A stretch of 64,000 nt of DNA from contig NC_043026.1 of assembly GCF_006345805.1 (NCBI RefSeq), forward strand, positions 12,379,579 to 12,443,578, given 5' to 3'. Position 1 is the first letter of the stretch. Every line of letters begins with the position of its first letter. The notes below the pieces were generated by a model. The model was not told where the DNA came from and made no database searches. It saw nothing but the letters and a program-made list of their open reading frames with translations. The position numbers and the translations under genes are program-made. Positions 12,912-25,385 of this stretch are shown here, piece after piece. The DNA comes from Octopus sinensis (Eukaryota).

Positions 12912-12975
12912 AGATAAATTAAATAGTAGACCTGCTGTGGTCTATTTCTCACAAACCAGATTGATATTGAAACAG

Positions 12976-13827
12976 TTACTCTTTGGTATGAATGCCAGAA
13001 TGTCTAATTAAATGACACTTTTGAGAGAATGATTTACCACAGATATCACAATGATATGGTTTTTCTCCTGTATGAATACGCGTGTGTTTTGTTAAATTAC
13101 TTGACATAGAGAATGATTTACCACAGATGTCACAGTTATATGGTTTCTCCCCCGTATGGATGAGTTTGTGAGTATTTAAGTGATGGTTTGTTGAGAATGA
13201 CTTATCACAGATATCACAGTGATATGGCTTCAATCCTGTGTGAATGTATTTATGAGCAGTTAAGTTAGCATTTCCAGAGAAGGATTTACCACAGATATCA
13301 CAGTGATATGCCTTCTCTCCTGTATGGATGCGGTAGTGTCTAGCCAAGTTGTTAGTTTGGGAGAATGATTTACCACAAATATTGCAGCGATATGGTTTCT
13401 CTCCTGTATGAATACGTATGTGTTTGGTTAAGTCATTACTCCCATAGAATGATTTAGAACAAATGTCACACCGGTATGTTTTCTCTGAAGTATGGATACA
13501 TTTATGAGTCGTGAGATTACCTTCATCAGAAAATGTCTTACCACAGATATTACAGTGATATGGTTTCTCTTCCGTATGAATACGTACATGTTTTGTTAAA
13601 TCAGTAATGCTAAAGAATAATGTAGCACATATATCGCATTCATATCGTTTCTCTGCAGTATTAATACATTTGTGAGCTGTAAGGCTACTTTCTTCAGAAA
13701 ATGATCTATCACAGATATTACAGTGATATGATAACGCTTCATTCTCTTTTTTTATATCATCGGGAAAACCAATTCTTTCAGACTGCACGTTACATTCAAC
13801 TTTATCTCCACACAATTCATTTTCCAT
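12976..13827 (-). CDS. C2H2 zinc-finger protein, gene 1 (283 aa; 8 intact fingers, 1 degenerate)
   Basis: Open frame of tandem CxxC...HxxxH fingers with TGEKP-type linkers. The ATG of MENELC at 13827 is preferred over the upstream TTG. Splice acceptor at 14085-14086. Confidence 0.93.
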   Translation of the reverse strand: MENELCGDKVECNVQSERIGFPDDIKKENEALSYHCNICDRSFSEESSLTAHKCINTAEKRYECDICATLFFSITDLTKHVRIHTEEKPYHCNICGKTFSDEGNLTTHKCIHTSEKTYRCDICSKSFYGSNDLTKHIRIHTGEKPYRCNICGKSFSQTNNLARHYRIHTGEKAYHCDICGKSFSGNANLTAHKYIHTGLKPYHCDICDKSFSTNHHLNTHKLIHTGEKPYNCDICGKSFSMSSNLTKHTRIHTGEKPYHCDICGKSFSQKCHLIRHSGIHTKE

Positions 13828-14084
13828 AATGTTTTTCTCTATTTCCAAAATAAACAGATGTTATCACTTCTCTCTTATTTTAACTGCTATATTCACATCA
13901 ACTGTGTTTGTTCCTGATGTCTGATGCTGTAAACTTCTTTGTCACCCAAGTTCAGAACTATTTCACTGTAATTCACGACAGATTTACATAAACAGGGTTA
14001 TATGTAATTTGTGGTCTAAAAAATTTTTAGTCTTTAAAAGATGATAAATATTGATGTTCTTTAATGCCAATGTCAGCTGATTTT

Positions 14085-14100
14085 CTGAAATAAGAGAGAA
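14085..14100 (-). promoter_or_regulatory. Splice acceptor of the gene 1 coding exon
   Basis: ttttctctcttatttcag|aaaatcagc. Homologous acceptors at 26300(-), 32591(+), 53183(-), 56678(+) and 63263(+). Confidence 0.7.
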
Positions 14101-14282
14101 AAAACAGTATAGGATGTAATAAATACTTAAGAAGTAGAGATACAACATTGGAAATTTTAGTACATATCTATAATAAGCAGAATTTCTTTTGTAGTTTGGT
14201 ATAAAAACAGTGACATCTATATTGATCCACTGTTTACATCTGGAAACAGTAAGCTGATATATGTGCTTTAAGGTTGTAAATA

Positions 14283-15145
14283 TCCTCATCATCATCGTTT
14301 AACGTCCGTTTTCCATGCTAGCATGGGTTGGACGGTTCGACCGGGGTCTGGGAAGCCAGAAGGCTGCACAAGGCTCCAGTCTGATCTGGCAGTATTTCTA
14401 CAGCTGGATGCCCTTCCTAACGCCAACCACTCCGTGAGTGTAGTGGGTGCTTTATACATATATATATATATACATCATCATCATCATCATCGTTAAACGT
14501 CCGTTTTCCATGCTAGCATGGGTTGGACGATTCGACCGGGGTCTGGGAAGCCAGGAGGCTGCACCAGGCTCCAGTCTGATCTGGCAGTATTTCTACAGCT
14601 GGATGCCCTTCCTAACGCCAACCACTCCGTGAGTGTAGTGGGTGCTTTATACATATATATATATACATCATCATCATCATCATCGTTAAACGTCCGTTTT
14701 CCATGCTAGCATGGGTTGGACGGTTCGACCGGGGTCTGGGAAGCCAGGAGGCTGCACAAGGCTCCAGTCTGATCTGGCAGTATTTCTACAGCTGGATGCC
14801 CTTCCTAACGCCAACCACTCCGTGAGTGTAGTGGGTGCTTTATACATATATATATATATACATCATCATCATCATCATCGTTAAACGTCCGTTTTCCATG
14901 CTAGCATGGGTTGGACGGTTCGACCGGGGATCTGGAAAGCCAGGAGGCTGCACAAGGCTCCAGTCTGATCTGGCAGTGTTTCTACAGCTGGATGCCCTTC
15001 CTAACGCCAACCACTCCATGAGTGTAGTGGGTGCTTTTTACGTGCCACCGGAGCTGGCAACGCCCACGATCGGTTGGTGCCTTTTACGTGCCACCGGCAC
15101 AGAAACCAGTCAAGATGGCGCTGGCATCGACCACGTATTGATTTC
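14283..15145 (-). repeat. Four tandem copies (~194 bp) of the RTE 3' end
   Basis: The same junction, gggtgctttatacatatata...catcatcat, occurs three times. Confidence 0.85.
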
Positions 15146-15439
15146 GAACAACGTCGTCAAAACATTTGTATATATCGATAAGAGGAAACAAAAACAAAAA
15201 AAAAAAACAAAGAAAAAAACTGTGGTCACCGAGAATTCAATAGTAGCAACAAAAGTTTAATATTAACAGATATATCTTCGTCATAGATTAACTCTGTAAT
15301 ACTCACGGAAATGTTTTATAAAGGATATTATTACAACAATGCGTGGTACGGGGCTGCGAGACCAATTTCATAAAAAGTAACACAAAGGTTGAAAAAATTG
15401 TGGACTGTGATAAAGTAACAGATTATACATCCACCCACA

Positions 15440-15466
15440 CACGCGTATGTATATATATATGTGTGT

Positions 15467-15513
<47 letters not shown>

Positions 15514-15656
15514 GAGAGAGAGATGTATATACATATGTGTGTATATATATATAGAGAGAAAGAGAGATATGTATATACATATGTGTATATATATATAGAG
15601 AGAGAGAAAGAGAGATATGTATATACATGTGTATATATATATAGAGAGAGATATAT

Positions 15657-15702
<46 letters not shown>
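15440..15702. repeat. Compound (TA)/(GA)/(TG) microsatellite
   Basis: Directly visible. Confidence 0.9.
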
Positions 15703-16238
15703 ATATTGGTAAAAACGGTAAGATAACAATAGAAAGAAAGAGACCTCAATATTATGTAAATAGAGGAAATTTATCCGTAATTATAATATGTGACAATTAT
15801 TCGGTAGCCAAGATAAAACTCAGAGTTTCGGATGCCGAGGTGGAAATCCACAACACCATCTCAGAGTTTCATCTTGGCTACCGAATAATTGTCACCTATT
15901 ATTTTACATATAGTTGTAGAGAGGTTATGGGTGTCTGGCTTTATGAGCCTGACGTGTCGCCTACGCAGCACAGAGCTTTATAGGTGCGAAATTACTGGTC
16001 AGTCTATGACCGGCCATAACAATAAACTGCCTTAATATATATATATATGTGTATATATATGTATATGTAGGTCCCGGGTTGAGTCGGGGTTAACCACAGT
16101 AAATAAGGTACTCAATACATAGCAGAGTAAAGTAATTTATTTTATAGAAGGAGCTTCTACAGGACTATTTCATCTGAATGAAACAGTTCTAGTCCTGTAG
16201 CTCTAGCTCCTTCTATAAAATAAATATGTATATATGTG

Positions 16239-16284
<46 letters not shown>

Positions 16285-16344
16285 GTGTGATCGGTAACAA
16301 TTACAGTTTGATCGATAATTTTTAAACAATGCGATGTTCGATTA

Positions 16345-16505
16345 GGATTCTTACCTTGTCAGAATTGAATTTTCATGGAGCTGGAATTCGATATCGGGGA
16401 ATAATAGAGTGTAAAGTCGAAAGTCTACGCGGCCCAAAAACGTCAACAACACAAGGGCTGGAGCTACACAACGGAAGAGGGAAATCGGTGGTACTGCGCA
16501 TGCGT
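16345..16505 (-). promoter_or_regulatory. Putative promoter and non-coding first exon of gene 1
   Basis: NRF1-like ACGCATGCGCAGT (16493-16505, minus strand), nearby cggaag, locally raised CpG and donor aag|gtaagaatc at 16354. A further donor, ttcc|gtgagt, lies at 15306. Confidence 0.5.
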
Positions 16506-16582
16506 ATCTAATATTTAATTTATGTAAGGGAAGACAATTCTTAGCTTTCATTACTGTAACTTTTAGTTTCAGTATATATATT

Positions 16583-17508
16583 TCTTTATTGCCCACAAGG
16601 GGCTAAACAAGGGGACAGACAAAGGGATTGAGTCGATTACATCGACACCAGTGCGTAACTGGTACTTAATTTATCGACCTCGGCGGAATTTGAACTCAGA
16701 ACTTAGTGGCAGACGAAATACCTATTTCTTTTCTACCCACAAGGGGCTAAACACAGAGGGGACAAACAAGGATAGACAAAGGGATTAAGTCGATTACATC
16801 GATCCCAGTGCGTAACTGGTACTTATTTAATCGACCCCGAGAGGATGAAAGGCAAAGTCGATCTCGGCGGAATTTGAACTCAGAACGTAGCGGCAGACGA
16901 AATACCTATTTCTTTACTACCCACAAGGGGCTAAACACAGAGGGGACAAACAAGGATAGACATAGGTATTAAGTCGATTACATCGATCTCAGTGCGTAAC
17001 TGGTACTTATTTAATCGACCCCGAGAGGATGAAAGGCAAAGTCGATCTCGGCGGAATTTGAACTCAGAACGTAGTGGCAGACGAAATACTTATTTCTTTA
17101 CTACCCACAAGGGGCTAAACATAGAGGGGCTAAACAAGGACAGACAAAGGGATTGAGTCGGTGACATCAATCCCAGTGCGTAACTGGTACTTAATTTATC
17201 GACCTCGGCGGAATTTGAACTCAGAACTTAGTGGCAGACGAAATACCTTTTTCTTTACTACCCACAAGGGGCTAAACACAGAGGGGACAAACAATGACAG
17301 ACAATGGGATTAAGTCGATTACATCGACTCCAGTGCGTAACTGGTACTTAATTTATCGACCCCGAAAGGATGAAAGGCAAAGTCGACCTCGGCGGAATTT
17401 GAACTCAGAATGTAAAGGACGAAATACCTATTTCTTTACTACCCACAAGGGGCTAAACACAGAGGGGACAAAGGGATTAAGTCGATTACATCGACCCCAG
17501 TGCGTAAT
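16583..17508 (-). mobile_element. Family B SINE body multimer (about 5-6 units)
   Basis: Repeated ~150-185-bp units. Similar arrays at 32990-33578, 39589-40014, 41810-42146 and 53840-54190; near-monomers at 27395-27605, 28950-29185 and 39080-39312. Confidence 0.85.
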
Positions 17509-17647
17509 TATATATTAACCGAAAATAAAACACTTCTAACTTGAAAAAAAAAATAATAAATAAATATGACAATTTATTTGAAAGTTTTCAGAAGAAAAAG
17601 AAAACAAAATTTAAAAGTTTGTGATTAGTTCATGGCGAAACTATTTC

Positions 17648-18072
17648 GGCAATCTTTCGTCTCTAGTAGACCTTTCCGTCGATTTCCGTAAAAAACTTCT
17701 ATTTTTTTTACATATGGGCTTGCGGGAACTTTTGAAGTAATGAGAGCGAAAAAGACTAAGAGAAAGCGATTGTATGACGAGGGAAGTTCTTTTGAAGTTA
17801 CCGTGCATGGGAAGCATTGATGTACATGTGTGTGTGTGTGTGTGTTTGATGGGGTGTGGGAGACAGACAGTATGTTGTGTAAGTGAAGTGCTTCCGTTAG
17901 TGTGTGTGAAGAGACAGAGTAATGTGTGAAAGAAAGAGATAACTGAAATTTTTTACTCGGTGTATGTGTATATGTATGTATATTACTTCAAAAGTTCCCG
18001 CAAGCCCATATGTAAAAAAAAATTTTTTTTACGGAAATCGACGGAAAGGTCTACTAGAGACGAAAGATCGCC
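17648..18072 (+). mobile_element. Merlin-like MITE family M2 with ~90-bp TIRs
   Basis: ggc(a/g)atctttcgtctctagtagacc... at both ends. Near-identical to 40302-40729. Confidence 0.75.
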
Positions 18073-18984
18073 AAGCTGAGTTATTTTCTCACATTCTTCC
18101 TTATGGTTTGCTTTCAGAGGAGAAGGTGACTGCTTTTTTTTTAAGTAATAAATTACGTAAGGGACTTTTAACATTTATCACCGGCGTCATTCAAACGGGG
18201 AAATATTCAATTATACCGTCTATTTAATAAATTTATAATCAGTTCAGCGAATTTAATTGTGTAATGTGTAATAATTATCTCATCTTATGGTGATCATTAA
18301 TATTCGTGGATAAGTTAGGGTGACTTACATTTTTCAGGATCGGTGCTTCGTCACCTTAATTACAATGTTAGGTTACACAGCGAATTGCTTGTTCCTTATT
18401 TTGCGTGGACAGAGAAAATGGATTTTGATCATCAATAAATTAATAACTTCCTGGCCCTTCTTGACTTTTCATTTGGATTTCAAACCAAACATTCTACTGG
18501 TAAGTAGAAAATATATCTACGCCACATAGGCGCAGGAGTGGCTGTGTGGTAAGTAGCTTGCTAACCAACCACATGGTTCCGGGTTCAGTCCCACTGCGTG
18601 GCATCTTGGGCAAGTGTCTTCTGCTATAGCCCTGGGGCGACCAATGCCTTGTGAGTAGATTTGGTAGACGGAAACTGAAAGAAGCCTGTCGTATATATGT
18701 ATATATATGTATGTATGTGTGTGTATATGTTTGTGTGTCTGTGTTTGTCCCTCTAGCATTGCTTGACAACCGATGCTGGTGGGTTTACGCCCCGTTACTT
18801 AGCGGTTCGGCAAAAGAGACCGATAGAATAAGTACTGGGCTTACAAAAGAATAAGTCCCAGGGTCGATTTGCTTGACTAAAGGCGGTGCTCCAGCATGGC
18901 CGCAGTCAAATGACTGAAACAAGTAAAAGAGTAAAGAGTAATATATATATATATATATGGCAACAAATATAGCAATGAATTCAG

Positions 18985-20180
18985 GGTACAAGTAGGGGTT
19001 CACTAAGGATCAGTCCAATAGCAGAGGAATTAAGTTGGGCTGTACCTGGGAGCTCCTCTATGCTGATGACCTTGTTCTTATAGCTAAATCATTACCAGAA
19101 CTAGTTTGAAGAGTGGAAGCAAGATCTAGAATCAAAGGGCCTTAGAGTTAATATAGCTAAAAACCAAAGTTTTGATAAGCTGGGAAGTGGACAAATCACA
19201 AATCCCTTCGGATAGATGGCCCTGCTTGATATGTAGAAAAGGCATAGGTAGAAACTCCATAAGGTGTACCTGGTGCAAGCTATAGACTCATAAGAGGGGC
19301 AGGAATATCAGAGGTAGGTTAACAGGGAGAATAGTCTTTGTGTGTGGCAGATGCACAGGTACAATAAACACTAGAAATATACAAAAAATAGACTCCATCA
19401 AATGCCAGGTGGGGATTTCTAGAAGTAATTGATAACTTCTGTTATCGTGGTGACCAAGTCAGCAGTGGAAGTGGATGCTCTGAGAGTGTAGCTGCTAGAA
19501 TAAGACTAGACTGGGCAAAGTTCAAAGAGCTTCTACCTTTGTTGGCAACAAAGTGCCTCTTCCTCAGAGTGGAAAGCAGATTGTATGATGCCAGTTTGCA
19601 AACAGTTGTGTATGGGCTGTGACCATTAGAGGACATGCAAAGGCTTGCTAGGAATGAAGATTGTATGCTTCAGTGAATGTGCATGTAAGACAGAGTGTAA
19701 GCATTTTGAGAGAGAAACTGGGTATAAGAAGCATCAGATGTAGTGTACGAGACATGACTGCACTGATATGGTCGTGCGATGTGCATGGACAAGGACAGAT
19801 GTATAAAGAAGTGCTGATGTCAAACTGAGGGGAGAACCTGTGGAAGAGGTGGACTCAGGAAGACCTGGGATGAGGTGATGAAGCATGATTTTGGCATGAT
19901 AGGCCTCATAGAGGCAATACCAAATGACCGAGACCTTTGGCGATATGCTGTGCTTGAAAAGACTCGTCAAGCCACATGAACTCATAGTTGTGGCCTATAT
20001 CAATGGCACATAGAAAAAATAGCACCCATAATACTCTCAGAGTGGTTGATGTTAGGAAGGGCATCCAGCTGTAGAAACTCTGCCAAAACAGACAAGAACT
20101 TGGTGCAGCTCCCCAGCTTACCAGTTCCAGTCAAACTGTCCAACCCATGCCAGCATGAAAAGTGGACAGTAAATGATGAT
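18985..20180 (+). mobile_element. Degenerate RTE-clade LINE (RT domain through 3' tail)
   Basis: Frameshifted translation gives WELLYADDLVLIA, LESKGLRVNIAK, NFCY.GDQVSSG.G and DRDLWRYAV, continuous with the family C UTR and gatgat tail. Confidence 0.85.
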
Positions 20181-22325
20181 GTATTTGTGTCTGTGTTCTT
20201 TTCCCCACCACCACATTTTGAAAACCGGTGCTGGTGTGTTTATGTTCCTATGACTTAATGGTTCGGTAAAAGAGACCAATAGAATAAGTACTGAGATTGA
20301 TATTGGCAACCTTTCTGTCTCGGGAGACAATGGAGTTGCGCATGTTTTTTTTGTTTTTTGTGGACTTGCGGTTATAGGATCGTGGTTTCGATTCCCAGAC
20401 CGGGCGTTGTGAGTGTTTATTGAGCGAAAACACCAAAAGCTCCACGAGGCTCTGGCAGGGGATGGTGGTGATCCCTGCTGTACTCTTTCACCACAACTTT
20501 CTCTCACTCTTTCTTTTGTTGGCCTGCTCGCTTAACCATCAGGGTGGCGTCATTTGAAGGCTAAAAAACAATGCGAAGCACATTGTGACCAGCGATGTGT
20601 AGCAACATCTGATAGTTTGGTCGATCACGGTGATATAAATATATACACATGTGTGTTTACTCTTTACTCGTTTCAGTCATTTGACTGCAGCCATGCTGGA
20701 GCACCGCCTTTAGTCAAGCAAATCGACCCCAGGACTTATTCTTTGTAAGCCCAGTACTTATTCTATTGGTCTCTTTTGCCGAACCGCTAAGTGACGGGGA
20801 CGTAAACACACCAGCATCGGTTATCAAGCAATGCTAGGGGGACAAACACAGACACACCCACATATATATATATATATATATACATATATACGACAGGCTT
20901 CTTTCAGTTTCCGTCTACCAAATCCACTCACAAGGCTTTGGTCAGCTCGGGCCTATAGCAGAAGACACTTGCCCGAGATGCCACGCAGTGGGACTGAACC
21001 CGGAACCATGTGGTTGGTTAGCAAGCTACTTACCACACAGCCACTCCTGCGCCTATGTGTTTGAGAGAGATAGTCTACTTGTCTTGACATTGCGTTGCAA
21101 GAACATGCCTAGCCATGGAGAAATATTACCTTGCTTGGGAGCAGGTGAGGGTTAGTGACAGGAAGGGCATCTGGCTGCAGAAAATCTACCTTAAGAAACT
21201 TTGACTCCTGCAAGCTTGGAAGAAGGACGTTACAACGATGATGATGATGATGATACCAACATGGCTGTAGCCAAACATGATCATCAGCTCTGAGACATCA
21301 AGTACCAGTATGGAAGACAGAAGATTTGCAGGATGATCACACTGCAAATTACTCAACCAGTTGGGATTTTGTAGGAACAACAAAGAAGACGGCCTCATCA
21401 TCTACGAGTTGTCATAGAAACAGCTGCAAAATAGTTTTAGATGAAGAAGAAAATCAAAATCGAAATCGATCAACATCAATGGAAATTGTAGCTGTGATAC
21501 TAGTGCCGGTGGCACGTAAGAGAACCATCCGAACGTGGCCGTTGCCAGTGCTGCCCCGCCTGGCCTCCATGCTGGTGGCATGTAAAATGCACCATCCGAT
21601 CGTGGTCGTTTGCCAGCCCCACCTGGCCTCCGTGCTGGTGGAACGTAAAAAGCACCATCCGATCGTGGCCGTTGCCAGCCCCGCCTGGCCTCCGTGCTGG
21701 TGGCACATAAGAGAACCATCCGAACGTGGCCGTTGCCAGTGCTGCCCCGACTGGCCTCCGTGCTAGTGGCACGTAAAATGCACCAATCCGATCGTGGCCG
21801 CTTGCTAGCCTCGTCTGGCACCTGTGCAGGTGGCACGTAAAAAGCACCATCCGATCGTGGCCGTTTGCCAGCCCCGCCTGGCACCTGTGCAGGTGGCACG
21901 TAAAAAGCACCCACTACACTTAGAATAGTTGGCATTAGGAAGGGCATCCACCTGTAGAAACACTGCCAGATCAGACTGGGCTTGGCGCAGCCTTCTGGCT
22001 TCCCAGACCCCAGTTGAACCGTCCAACCCATGCTAGCATGGAAAACGGACGTTAAATGATGATGATGATGATGATGAAGAATGAGCCATGGGTGTTTGCT
22101 ACTGGAACGGAAGTCTGGACTAGATGAAACCCAGCAAGGTTGAGTGTGCTCAATATTGAAGGAGGCACCACTTGGTCCTTGGATGCCTTTAGTAGAGTTT
22201 ATTCTGTTGCCAACATTCAAACCAAGTTTGTGGTCTTCAGATGATTTACTACCCCAGTTTACTAACCCCGTTCAAAACTATCAAAGTGTGAGATAGAATG
22301 TGAAAAAGTTGAAGTCAAAAGATTT

Positions 22326-23776
22326 TTAACCCTTTCATTACCAGCCTGGCTGAATTTTAATTGGCTCTGAGTACAAATGTCTTGTTTTCATAACTTTTGA
22401 ATTAAAATTTTCCGCCAAACCTTAGTCACAATTTATGTTCCTAATACCAGCTGAATGATAACTAAGTTATTTTACTAAATTCTTTGTTATATTTAAAATT
22501 AATTGAAAGAAACTCAGAGCATCTCAACAGAAATATGGTAACAAGAGGGTTAAAATATATAATAGAGAAACAATTCTTAACCCTTTCGATACCAACCTGG
22601 TTGAAACCACCTCTGGCTCTGTAGTACAAATGTCTTGTTTTCATAAGTTTTGAATTAAAATCTTCCACCAAACCTTAGTCACAATCTATGTTGCTAACAC
22701 TAGCTGAATGGTAACTAAGTTATTTTACTAAATTTTTTGTTATATTTAAAGTAATTGAAAGAAACTCAGAACATCTCAACAGAAATATGGTAACAAGAGG
22801 GTTAAAATATATAATAGAGAAACAAATGTCTTGTTTACACAAGTTTTGAATTAAAATTTTCCACCAAACCTTAGTCAAAATTTATGTTCCTGACACTAGA
22901 TGAATGGTAACTAAGTTATTTTACTAAATTTTTTGTTATATTTAAAGTAATTGAAAGAAACTCAGAACATCTCAACAGAAATATGGTAACAAGAGGGTTA
23001 AAATATATAATAGAGAAACAAATGTCTTGTTTACACAAGTTTTGAATTAAAATTTTCCACCAAACCTTAGTCAAAATTTATGTTCCTGACACTAGATGAA
23101 TGGTAACTAAGTTATTTTACTAAATTCTTTGTTATATTTAAAATTAATTGAAAGAAACACCGAGCATCTTAATAGAAATATTGTAACAAAAGGGTTAAGA
23201 AGAAAAAATAATCAGCAGAAGACATGAGAGAAGGAGACCTCAATGTGGTCACTCTATATGCTAGAAATAATAAATTTCTTTCAATCCCCACCCTTTCAAC
23301 TGCTTCTAATGTCCATCTGCCCAAATGTAGAGATGTTTTTAACCCTTTCAATACCAACCCAGCTGAAACCAGCTCTGGCTCTGAGTACAAATGTCTTGTT
23401 TTCACAAGTTTTGAATTAAAATTTTCCACCAAACCCTAGTCACAATTTATGTTCCTAACACTAGCTGAATGGTAACTAAGTTATTTTACTAAATTCTTTG
23501 TTATATTTAACCCTTTAGTGTTCGCATTATTCTACCAAAATTAATGCCTTTTTATCCACATTGTTTTGAACTAATCATGCATTATCTTGTAGCTGTGAGA
23601 TTTTGATGAGGTAGCTGTTAATTTTTAAAACGATATTGTAGGGTTGGTGTGAGAGACCAGATCTGACCAGTTTGAACATAAAACAGACAGAATACTTTTG
23701 GCCGGTTTAAATGCTAAAGGGCTAAATTGAAATAGAAACAGAGCATCTCAAAATAAATACAGTAACGAAAGGGTTA
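22326..23776 (+). mobile_element. Cluster of ~220-bp piggyBac-like MITEs
   Basis: TTAA|CCCTT...AGGG|TTAA at 22330-22549 and 22581-22801, then truncated and nested copies. Relatives at 6928, 32183-32410 and 61262-61490. Confidence 0.75.
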
Positions 23777-24821
23777 AAGAAGCAGGAAAACATGTTCTAT
23801 GGAGGGGGCTGATGCATTGTAGATGCAGAGCTTCATCTTTTGAGGGATAGAGCAGTGGCACCGAAGGGGCTTTCATAAGGAGTGCGTGACCCTGGCAGCT
23901 GGACCACATCTGCGGTTGATCTCTCTTTTACTCTTTTACTTGTTTCAGTCATTTGACTGCGGCCATGCTGGAGCACCGCCTCTAGTCGAGCAAATCGACC
24001 CCGGGACTTATTCTTTTATAAGCCCAGTACTTATTCTATCTGTCTCTTTTGCCGAACCGCTAAGTGACGGGGACGTAAACACACCAGCATCGGTTGTCAA
24101 GCAATGCTAGGGGGACAAACACAGACACACAAACATATACACACACACATATATACGACAGGCTTCTTTTAGTTTCCGTCTACCAAATCCACTCACAAGG
24201 CATTGGTCGGCCCGAGGCTATAGCAGAAGACACTTGCCCAAGATGCCACGCAGTGGGACTGAACCCGGAACCATGTGGTTGATTAGCAAGCTACTTACCA
24301 CACAGCCACTCCTATGCCTATTTATATACATATATACGACAGGCTTCTTTCAGTTTCCGTCTACCAAATCCACTCACAAGGCATTGGTCGGCCCAGGGCT
24401 AGAGCAGAAGACACTTGCCCAAGATGCCACGCAGCGGGACTGAACCCGGAACCATGTGGTTGGTTAGCAAGCTACTTACCACACAGCCACTCCTGCGCCT
24501 ATATCTCTGGTGTCAGGTCTCCATAGCTGGTGACCGTGGAGCCCAGGTAGATAAATCAATGGTGCTTTTTTTTTATTCCTTTATTCTAAAAACATGTTGA
24601 ATAGAATATAAGTGAATATCCTGAAAGATTGTTCTTTATTAAAAAAATAATACAACAGTAAGTCATGTCATTAACATACATTAGTCAGGCATGTCATTAA
24701 CATACATTAGTCAGTCATGTCATTAACATACATTACAGATAGTTATATAAAATAGTGATATCACACATGGTTTTCTCTTTTCCTGTGAAAATACAGTTAT
24801 TGTTATGATGGAAGATATTTT

Positions 24822-25235
24822 GGATCTTTTAGATTTGAACGGCAGTTTTTTCTAGCGGTGTCATATGAAATTGTCACCCATAATTATGACCCTAGCATCG
24901 ATCTATTGCATTTCAATCTCTTTTAGGGTTAGGGTTAGGGGAAAAGTATCTTTTTTTCTTCACAAAAGTAAATAAACCCAATCTGTTTCTTAAATGGGGG
25001 ACATATTCATACGGCACAGAATGTTTTTTTTTACCTCAATAGACGTCAGTGATTGGTTGAAATTGCAGAAATTGAAAAAAAAAAACAACAAATATCTTAC
25101 AAACTATAGAATTTTCTCAATAAAGCCAAGAGAAAAAGATGTTTTATAAACACATTCTACCAGTATACGAAGTTTAAAAGTGTTTAGTTACGTGGAAATT
25201 ATTTTAAAAAACTGCCGGTCAAACCGAAAAGATCC
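24822..25235 (-). mobile_element. Merlin-like MITE family M1
   Basis: Both TIRs present; same internal sequence as 11981-12911 in reverse orientation. Confidence 0.8.
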
Positions 25236-25385
25236 AAATAGTGTTATCACACATGGTTTTATTTTTTCCTGTGAAAATACATTTATTGTTATGACGGAAG
25301 ATATTTTTCATTAAATGATTTTTGATGTCGATACAGCAACTCTTCAGTATGATACACGTTTAATTGTAATTTTGGAGAGAATGAT

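Noticed and set aside
15944-15990. Possible hammerhead (ctgacgt...gaaa)
   Set aside because: The core deviates from CUGANGA and there is no convincing stem II.
24923-24940. (TTAGGG)2-3 motifs, also at 12799, 31516 and 58798
   Set aside because: They are internal parts of the MITE consensus, not interstitial telomeres.
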